A DNA stretch of 64,000 bases from Amoebophrya sp. A120 (lineage: Eukaryota; Protista; Dinoflagellata), in contig CAJINV010000003.1 of assembly GCA_905178155.1 (NCBI GenBank), forward strand, positions 3,317,600 to 3,381,599. The letters run 5' to 3'. Below are positions 54,337 through 64,000 of the stretch, one piece after another; the stretch's first letter is position 1; every line of letters starts with the position of its first letter. The translations under genes were made by a program, and so were the position numbers. The notes beneath the pieces were generated by a model, which saw only the letters and a program-made list of their open reading frames with translations, was not told the DNA's origin and ran no database searches.

Positions 54337-56970
54337 CTATCCAAGCCGGGGGGCAGAAAAGACGGACTCGTTTTCGCTCTGCTCCGCCCCAGGTTGCTGG
54401 CCACCATCTGGCGGTTTTACGATGCCCAGTGCGCGGTGGTAGTCCCCCGACTGCCCGCCGACCCGCAGGGACGACTGATGCGAATACAGACTTGAGGTAG
54501 GAGATTGCAGACCCGCGCCTGCGGCTTGCTGCGAGGCGTCGGTTTGCGACGTGAAACTTGGTCGTTGTTGCGCAGATGTTGTGGGGGCACCTGCAGCACT
54601 TGTTGCACTACTGGGATAGTTGTGCAACACTGTTCCCGCAACGCTCGGATACTGTGGTTGCGAAGACGATGACGACGAGCTTGGGTGTGGTTGGGACGAT
54701 GCGCTTGCTGTGTGCATGTAATTTGTGATGTTCCGCTTTATTGTACCGCCTTCGCCGGAAGTGTGGAGGTTCACTGCTGGGATGGCGTCGCTATCAGGCG
54801 CTTCTGAATAAAACAACGGTCGATTTGAGTTTCCACGGGGGCGACTACTGGACGAACTGGCGGCCTGGGAAAAAGAGATTGAAAGAGTTTTACGCTTATC
54901 CTTATGCTATGCTGAATCGTTTGTATCGTGAATTGACAAGAAGAAGAAAAGTCAATGAGTATCGTGGTAGTTGCAGAAAAGCATGCGTCGCCTGAAAACT
55001 AGCCACCGATCATCATGTGGGGGGCGTGAAGCAGCCACATGGTGTATCTTTCTGTCTGCCTACGTGTACTAAAACAAAGACTCTGGTACCGCTCCTCCTG
55101 CTGCTGCTGGTGGCTGGTCGTCATCCTTCATTGCCAGCAAGGTCCTCAGGTAGTTGCACGCGTCTTTGATCATCGGTGTGAGCATCTCCCCCTTCTCGTG
55201 CTCCAATAGGAACTCGAGTTCATTCACTTTTTCTACCATCTCGATGTTGCGCAGTGCGGCACTGTCGGGCTGTTCAATAAAAGCGGCGACACTTCTGATA
55301 CTTAATTGTCAGGGCAAGAACGTTTCTGCCACACTGGCTCCCTAGTAAAGAGCTGCTCAACTACACAAGAGGCGGAGGAGTATACGTATTGATTCACACT
55401 GGAAAAAACACACAGAAGGAAGCGAAAGCACCACGGCAATTCCGGCATACGAGTCCAGCACTAGCTACTGACCGGTTCTCTTTGATAGAAGTAAAAATCT
55501 AGCTGGTTTTTGTACCGGTCCCGATCCATGTGCGGCTGTGATGACTGTAGAGCGTACTCCCCCCGAGGACGACATCGCTTTCGCACTGGCTTGCCGTTTC
55601 AATTGGAACTCGAGTTGCTTCACTTGGCGCTGCAGCTCATGATTCCGGTTGGTCACATCTGAGTGATGATTAGTCTGCTATATTCCAAGAACTCCTCATG
55701 CTCATCTAAGTAGGACTGGACCGACTGCACTCTATTAAGTAGACATCAGAACAACTCTTCTAAAGGAAAGCTGACGCTGTCAGGAGCAGCAATCAAAGTG
55801 CACATACCGCTAACTTTCCGCTCTACTTCTTCCACAAGCTTCTTGCGCATTGATTCCTTCGCGTTTTTCAGGTGCATGGTTACCTTGTCAGTAAATTTTT
55901 GGAAATTGGATGCAAGCCTAGAACGGTACTTTGTTTTGCAAATAAAACCACTACTGAAACTTATGTAGGAGATCAAGGAATGCTTGGATTTGATGAGGTA
56001 AGAAAAACAAAAGAGGCAATGAGAACGATCGAGTCAGTGACGTGTACAATGGAAACAGGCTTCTACTTTATCTACCTCGGTTTCGTATTTGTTCCCCCTC
56101 TCCAGTGCTTGGTTGACTTGTGTGCGGTAGACTTTTACTTCTTCCTCCAGGTTGTCCCACTTTTGCCGGCTTAGTTTGAATTGTTGCTCTAGCGGTGCAA
56201 GGTAGGTTTCTAGCAACTCCTGAATGGCATCTGCCTTTTGCGCGAGCAGCACACTCGCTAGCCCAAGCACCTCGGTCAATTTTACCATACCTGTTGAGGT
56301 TGTGTTTTGTTTTAAGTAGGGCTCGCCGTTTCCGTTAAGTATCTTCCTCGCAAACGAAAATGCGACGAAATAATGGCACGGGAATTCTTCATTCGTCGTC
56401 GCACGAACGTAAAATACAGCGAAACACAGAATATTAAAGGCTGCACTCCAGTCTATCTATTAGTCGGTTTTTACCTCCGAGCACCTGCGGGTTAGTAGCG
56501 TAGAAGGCCGCATGCTCGACTATGTTTTGCTGCACCTCGCCGATATTGTCCTGTTCATTTGATACATAGTGATAAGTCGTGTACATATTTTGAAATACGA
56601 AAACTAGAATGCAGTGTACTACAAGCGCTGCAGCAGGGACACATCACGAGGTTCTTCTGCGGTTGCAAACCTCCGCCCACATCAATCACAACTACAAGGA
56701 GCGGCCCACAACGAGTGGTCTTGTAAGAAACAGTAGTACGTCGAAGTGGTCCTGCAAGCGCATCAGTTTGGTCTGGAGGCTCTGTACGGCTTCGTGGCCC
56801 TTGACAGTGTCGAAATGGCCTTCCTTGAGCTCCGCAACCGTTTTATTCATTTTGTCCGTCATGCTCAGCAGGCTGGAGAGCCCACCGCCGAACCGCAGCC
56901 GTGGCGACCGCGTCGGACTAAACACCAAGTCCGCTCCGTCTCCCGCTGGCATCTTACCGATGATGTTCAA
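54337..56970 (-). CDS. Hypothetical coiled-coil protein, at least 7 exons
   Basis: Coiled-coil exons (LQTKLMRLQDHFD; WDNLEEEVKVYRTQV; RKKLVEEVERKV; NHELQRQVKQLEFQL) joined by GT-AG introns, with an S/P-rich tail. 5' end not resolved. Confidence 0.6.
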
Positions 56971-58567
56971 GAAGCAAGACGTTTACAAATCGTACGACTA
57001 CCAGCTGTGTAAGTAAACAATCAGCAACAAAAGTGCTCCTTCTGGTACACGTAACTGCTCGGCGCAAAGATGATTCACACACTTATCTTTTACGCAAGAC
57101 GAGCAGCAATACACCATGGCACGAAAGAACTCGATTGGTCTTTCACTTGGGTGCTCCGTGTTCATCCCTCACGGGTCGTGGTAGGACAGTGCGACACTCT
57201 TCTTTACGTACTCCCCGCTGGTAAAACACGACTTCGCGATGCGACCAAACTCGCTCTAATATGCCTCTCCAATTTTATTTCTTGCTCCGCCGTGGGCGTG
57301 GCGGGCAAAGAAATGATAATCAAATTGATTCTTCTGATTCTCATTCCACCACACGACGATTAGATGTAAATTTCTGCAGAAAAGTTGCACTGACTTACGA
57401 AACTATATCACAACACATTGGCGCTCGCTCGAGTTTTAATCAACCAACGCCATGGGGCGTTGCCGAGCTCGAGCGTTCGCGGCCACTACTTGCACAAATT
57501 GTTCCATGTTATTCTTCAAAATTCACTCTTGACTTTCAATGGCTTTTATCGTTCCACATCTGGGGCAGGCGGGGGATACGACACTACGCTCTTCTACATC
57601 ATCTTGCATGCTCCATACCACCCCGGTCTCACCATTGCCTTTACAACAGGTTTAGGATTTTGTTGCTTGGTCGAGCGAACTACTCCTCAGAATAATTTCT
57701 TCATGACGAAAATAATGATAATCCTACATGTGAAGTAAAATCCAACGCATCTGTACAGTGTGACGCCCCCATAAAAGATTATGCTGGAAGAAACGAAATC
57801 GAAACAAATGTTGCAAAACACAATTATACAAAAAGAAACGATAAAATGTTGAGGTCTTGGAGTTGGAATTGCCCCCTTTGTTCGTGGAGCACACGAAAAC
57901 AAGGAACAAAGGATCTCGATTTCAGAAAAATCGGAGACTAAAATAAAAGTTCTGACTACTTCTCCCTGATAAGCACGCTGAGTATACAAATTTTCTATAC
58001 AGGAGTGGCTTGATCAGTCACCGAACTCCTACTTCATGTCACCACACATGATAGTGGGTGAAAAAGGATGCATCTAAGTCGGACTAAAATTATACATTTG
58101 AATAGATGTGAAACGAAAACGACTGACATAACAAATGACTCAGTGAAAAAAGATTTGATTGTACTGCGGCCGTGGCAAATACCGGCTCGTTATCTGCCGC
58201 CTCAGAAGAGGAACTCCTCCTCTGCTTTTGACTGCAACCTTGGGACTGCAGCAGATCACTGGAAATGACAAAAATAACCAAAACACTAAACTACGAGACC
58301 ACTTTATTTAGTCAACATCGAATACTACTGGCACTCTCTTGAAATTGTGATTATACATATTTAGACTGAATCAACGTATTGTATAAGCAGAGCGTACGGC
58401 TGCGCGTACGCCTCAAGCTGGAATCAATGTGCAAACTGGAACTATTTACTTAACTGCGAATAAGGATAAGACTGATGCAAAAGGGAGTGATGCATACGGA
58501 AACCCGGGTTGATTGTCGTGATTCGGATTGCATTTGAAAATTGTCGGGTGGACAACGACTTTGCTCT

Positions 58568-61500
58568 CTACGATTTTCTGGGGCGGAAGTCGGTCCACTT
58601 TAATTGGTACGCCTCCTCCTCGTAGTTACGGACTAACGGGTGCTCCAACGCTTGTTTCACCGTGAGGCGGCGATGGACGTCAAACACCAGACAGCGCTTG
58701 ATAAAGTCCTTCACCTGTTTGTCGTAGTGGAAGAAGGAGTGCGTCGTGAAATCGATCTTGGCCAACCGGAGTTTTCCTCGAATCTGACGCATCTTGGGGT
58801 GTCCCACGTAGTTCTGCCCGGCCTCGTCGTCGAATATCTCGTCGACGAAAGGAAAAGACCCGGTACACAGCTTGTACAGCATCACACCTGGTGTTTTATT
58901 TCTATTTGACGTGACGAGTTTCAACAAAAAAATAATTTCGGGCTCCATAATTCAAATGCAGCACGAGGATTTTACAACAACCAGAATGTGGCAAGTACAA
59001 CACCATACTGACCCTGCGACTGGAGCAGCAATGCGCGGAAAACAGTAATATTATGTTGCACTCGCGCCGCCGTGTTGGCACAACGGCGCGGCAACTTCTT
59101 CATAATTGAGGGACCATAGAAACATAGACGAGCTGACTCAAAGGCTTGTAGATTTTGCAGCGTCCGTAGATATGTAGTGCATAGAAGTCCTCGAGGATGG
59201 AGCCCGGGAGACTTTCACGCGCTCCGTCCCTGGTCCACATGCGGGCGGTTGCTTGGAAGGATGAAGCAAACAACCGGCCCAAAGAAAACGCAAAGTGACT
59301 ACATTCCATGGGCCCTAGCTTCCGCCGGGGCTACTGACCCAACGCGGCATCAAAAAGCCTCAGTGGCCTAACGAAGACGGGGGGGCAAGTCGGCTGCGCC
59401 GAGTGCCGGGAGCCGGGTCATTTGCGAACGCACCCTGCCAGAGGCATCGCCGTGGCCACGGAGGTAGAAGCAAGCGCACAAGGAAGCGCAAAACTCAAGA
59501 AACGTGGCAGCAGGCGGAGAAGTAGGCGTAGGAGTAGGGGAAGAAGTAGGCGCATTCATAGGCGTAGAAGTAGGCATATAAATAGGCATAGAAGTAGGCG
59601 TGGAAGTAGACGCAGAAGTAGGCGCAGCAGTAGGCGTAGAAGTAGGCGTAGAAGTAGGCGCAGAGGAAGGCGTAGCGGTGGGCGTGGGAGTAGGTGTAGA
59701 AGTAGGCGTGGAAATAGGAGTAGCCGTAGCGGTCGGCGTTCAGGTTGTTGGGGTAGCAGTCGACATAGTCGAAACGGCATCGCGGGGGGCGAGGGGTACA
59801 AGAGCAAAGGCCCTACCAAGTCGCGTAGCCGTAGTGGCGCTGCTAGGGGCGAGCGTGCGAGGGAGCAAGGCCCACCCGTTTTCCTTGCACATGTTCGGCG
59901 GGATGGCGCCGAAGTGACACTGTTGGACGGAGCGCAGGGGCGGCGGCCGCGCGCTTTCGAAGCTAACAACCGTGCCCCGAATCTTGCCCGCCCGCGCGGT
60001 TGCTGACTAGCGCCGAGGAGGCGCGCCACCAAGCAAAACCAGGGAGCGGGGGCGGCGCAATGGTTGGCCGGGGCGGGGGAAAAGTCGGCCTGCCAGGGCG
60101 CTACCTCCCGGCTTGCTTATTTACGAAAGTGCTGCGCCCCACCATTTTTTTCATCCTAGCCGAGACCCTGACCCGGGGCCGCCTCGCCCTCGCTGCTAGC
60201 TTGGCTCGGGCGCTTGGGGCACAGCCACTGACTGGCGCGCTAGCGCTAGCCCCCCCCCAGAGCACGGCGCTTGCCCCCTCGCCCGGCCCCGTGGCCCCCC
60301 CGGTCGGTGGCCTGACCCGCCCTTCTTCCACCCACGCGGGGGAGGGCGACGGCCGTCTTCTTCCAAAAGACTGGCTGCAGGAGTGCGCCGCCGCTGTCAC
60401 CTTGGCGGGCGGCGGACAGCAGCGGGCCTCGACCTAGTCGCCGCAAGGTAGCGACAGCATGCCCCCGATACGTACCTACGGCCGCGATTTATTTTGGCAG
60501 CTACTTGCGCCTGCGTGCCTGTTTATTGCGTGTGGGCGCTTCCTCCACCGCTTTGGCGCAAAGAAGAAAATGGCTGGCGCGGGGGAAAAAAAAAGGGCCC
60601 GTGGACGTTCCCGCGCAGGCGCTAGGGTAGCGGGGCGTAAGGGGCGCAGGCCGGCGGGAACGGATGCGCCGCGAGAGCAACAAGGGGCGGCCCGGGGCCT
60701 GCCGGGGCCGCAGTCACACCCACGACAGGGAACCAGCCTGGGGGCGGCGGGGGTTGTTCGCTAGCTCTCCGAAGGCAGGGCGGGGTGGCTAGGTCTTTGC
60801 CGGCAGGGCGCTAGGGGTTGGCATTGGAAGGCGGGCCCCATATGTGCTACCAGGACCAGGAGCAAGAGGTCCGACCAGGGGCAAGAAGTTCTATCAGGCG
60901 CAAGACTTGCATGTGCCTGCCGAGGCGAGATATAATGTACTGCGATGGAAAAGGGGTGCTAGCACTACAAGGAGCAAGAAGTCCTACCAGGGGCGAGGCG
61001 TATGCGCAGGGGCAAGATGTACTGCGAGGGGCGAGATGTACTGCGAGGGGCAAGATGTACTGCGAGGGGCGAGATGTACTGCGAGGGGCAAGATGTACTG
61101 CGAGGGGCGAGATGTACTGCAAGGGGCAAGATGTATTGCGAGGGGCAAGATGTACTGCGAGGGGCAAGATGTACTGCGGGGGGCAAGATGTACTGCGAGG
61201 GACAAGATGCACCGCGAGAGGCAAGACCTAACGCAGAGGGTAAGTGAGAAACACTGCCAGGGCTAAGGGGCAGGCGCCAGCACGCAGGGGCAAGAGGTTC
61301 CACCAGGAGCAGGGCGCACCGCACGGAGGGCGAGGAGCACTTTCATATTGAAGGGGGCAAGCGGTTCTCTTCTGAGCGAGGGGGCAGGGGCGTCACTGCG
61401 TCTAGGGCTCGGGGTATTTTTGTAGCGCCTAGGGGTTTCTTTGTCGTTCATCGTGCCGAACCCCTACAGCTCAAGCCGTAGAATTTGTCGCAAATATTTA

Positions 61501-63584
61501 CACAGTAGCACGCATGTTAGAAAAAAAAGGGCGCGAATATCTGAAAAGCCCTAGAGCCCGAGCCCCAGAAAGGTCCCAGCTTTTGTCGTAATAGCATGCA
61601 GGTTCAGCACTTCCAAAGTGTCGCGCTTTTTGTGGTTTTTGATCGTTCCCTACGGCTCGACCTCCATCATTTGGGCCGACTGCCGTGCGTATTCGCAAAT
61701 AGGAAAGGAGACCACTTTGAAAAGCCCTAGGGGTTTGCCCCAGGTTTGCTCCAGGTTGAGCCGCAATTTCTAATGCTGTTTAAGGGTCTCAGAGCTTTCC
61801 TCTACAGCCTTTGAGCCAAGTTCGTATTAGTCTATAGTCTATATAACTAAACACGACCATGAGTAATAGTTCGTATCCCAAACAGATTGTATTTGTACCC
61901 AGTGCAAAAATGTCGCTGGCCGTTGTGTAGTAGCCGTAGTAACTTTCGGGTGCGATGTATTGATCGGTTCCCATGACGTCGTACACTCGTGTGTCCTCCC
62001 CATACTCCTCTACTGTGTCGAAGTCGATGACTTTCAGCACGCCGCGCTTCTGAGTGTCCATCAGCACTACGTTTTCCAACTTGATATCTTTGTGTACCAA
62101 AGACAAGGATTCGTAGTCCGATAACGCCCGCATACACTCGTACGCCACCTGACATTGTGATCATGTGTATGTTGACGTGTACTTATTTTGCAGCTGCCGA
62201 TGCTGGGGTAAAAGCAGAAGGTAGAGCTAATATTACCGTGGCCAGAGTTGTATAGTCGTAGAGACAGCAGTTGTTTCATGTCAAAAATGTCAAAAAGTGA
62301 GTACCTTTTTGACAAACAGCAACTTGATCCCTTCATCTTGCATTTTGACGTGGTGGATGAACTCGAAAAGATCCAATCCGTTGACAAGCTCCATTACCAC
62401 GTAGTAAGCCGTCGCATCCTCGAACAGGTCGTAGAGGCCTATGGATATTAAATTTTGATTTTGCATTTATCATCTTCCTTGCTTGTGGCGAAAAGGATGC
62501 ATGTGCAAGAGCGAGGACAACGACTTCGCTTCAGAAAGACTCTTTATTGAGACCGAACATGCAAACAAAAGCACAAGGGCATGATGTTGTAGCCGCTTCA
62601 TCTATCAGATGAATGTGAAGCCGCGGAGCGCTTAGAGATTCAATACTCAAATAGAAGAGACTTTTCAATACCTGCTATGTGTTCTCCAAAGTGGTCTTGC
62701 CAATTCAACAGGTTCTCCATGGACTGCTTCCACGTCGTTATGTCATTGCTATCCTTGAAGCTGACCAATTTCTCCCTTATTTTCACGACGATTTTAACGC
62801 CGTCCTTGAGCCGGGTCCCGAAGTGAACTGCCTGTCCACGATGCGTTGACGGCATTACCTGAGAGTGACAGTAGTTGATGCTGTTGGGGAACCGAAACGG
62901 CCCAATAAACAAAACTGATGAAGGTGATCATAAATTAAATTCAGCTGGAAAGAACCGCATCAAAGAAAAGCTAAAAATGCTGAAGATGTACGACAAACAA
63001 GACAACGAATTTGCACCAGATATGTAAGGTAGTTGTACTTCTAGTACCTCATCCAGTATTCGGTATTCCTTCGATACGTCTCTGAGCCAGCGACATTTTT
63101 TGTTCCCGCTATTGGCCGTGGAACTGGTGGACGCCAGGGACCCGTCTGATTTCTCTTTTTTCAGCTTTTGGCTGCTCATGTTGAAGTCTTCCGCAAACCC
63201 CAGGTCGTCGATGGTCAATTCGATCGGTGAACTGAACTTTATTTCCAGGTCGACGTCCGGACTAGCAGCGTTGTCTTTATTTTCCTTCGTAAAAACAGCG
63301 CAATCTGGAGGCCCTGCAACGAGTTCTGGTGAAGAACTCGACGCCGGGAAAAGATTCAAAGGCCCCCGTTTGAGACCACCGCTGCACTTCTTATTCGCAG
63401 CTGGTGCGAGGGCGGCGCCTGAAGAAGTTGAACTCGAGGTTGAAACTGCTGTGGTCGCGGTGGTGGTCGAGCCCGAGGAAGATTCACGAACGAGCTCCTT
63501 GAGCGACGAAAAAACGTACAAAAACAAGCTAGTGCTGCTGCTACTGCTCGCCGTCGAGAACGAAAACCTGCTTTTGCTGCTCAT
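58568..63584 (-). CDS. Atypical CAMK/CDPK-like Ser/Thr protein kinase, 5 exons
   Basis: [54 protein letters not shown]|VMLYKL, DFIKRCL..RR. GT-AG introns; the last is 3011 bp (61898-58888). Confidence 0.88.
59515..59725 (-). repeat. 12-bp tandem repeat (agtaggcgtaga) encoding a TPTS mucin-like stretch on minus
   Basis: Minus frame reads [44 protein letters not shown]. Confidence 0.8.
61009..61217. repeat. 19-bp minisatellite ggggc(a/g)agatgtactgcga, about 11 copies
   Basis: Head-to-tail units without spacers; more diverged units extend left to ~60858. Confidence 0.92.
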
Positions 63585-64000
63585 TCACCGCCTGGCCACG
63601 CACGATTGTTCCGGGGACTGCTCTCGCTTCAATAGTACTGCAGGTAGTTTCTACAACCACACTTTCGTTGATGTTCTTCAGGCTCCACGGTTTTTCACAA
63701 GCAACATGCAACATACACGCGGTCGATAATGTGTCTGATATCAAACGAGCTGCTTAGAACGGTTCGGAAAAGTATCAGTATCTTCAAGGAGTGCGACTTC
63801 CTTGATCAAAATAAAGCAAGTTGCAGTAACTACCTCTTCTACTGCGACTGCCTCTGTATTATTTTACCTCAGTAATAATTTTTATTTTTAAGTTGGTTTT
63901 GGTCCGTACTTTTCTTCGATGCTATTTGAAATTGAAATCATTACACATTGAACATAAAGAAACAATCGGATTAGTGGTTTTGTCGACACTCGCTTTACTC

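Larger units (their letters stand above)
59040..61830. mobile_element. GC-rich degenerate insertion inside the last kinase intron
   Basis: Intron about ten times longer than other canonical introns here. Contains a hairpin (~59065-59090), two tandem arrays and stop-ridden ORF relics. Boundaries approximate. Confidence 0.45.

Noticed and set aside
59422-60006. Arg/Ser-rich protamine-like + strand ORF
   Set aside because: Product of translating the 12-bp tandem repeat; no independent coding evidence.
61009-61217. CRISPR-like array
   Set aside because: Units are head-to-tail with no unique spacers, there are no cas genes and the context is eukaryotic; it is a minisatellite.

Overview
Gene-dense eukaryotic DNA. 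All ~14 recognisable genes lie on the minus strand. Genes contain short GT-AG introns plus a second, non-canonical class of insertion; this combination resembles the parasitic dinoflagellate Amoebophrya/Syndiniales (inference). Genes: ABCF2, SLC35F6-like transporter, CLUAP1/IFT38, a HYDIN-like fragment running in frame into an unrelated protein, an intronless phage-like ABC-ATPase/GNAT fusion, CWF19L1/Drn1, two paralogous Cys-rich surface proteins, an AAAP/SLC38 amino-acid transporter, a large Q/N/G-rich protein, a coiled-coil protein and an atypical CAMK-like kinase. The main signal is a set of 16 MITE-like introner elements of 155-406 bp (plus one degenerate candidate) inside coding exons. 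Their common form is 5-bp direct repeat | TAT...terminal inverted repeats...ATA | 5-bp direct repeat. Removing the element plus one direct repeat restores the reading frame in every case checked by hand, yet no junction can be read as GT-AG. One family occurs in both orientations relative to transcription, and different families share a GCAT(G/T)ACAAA motif.
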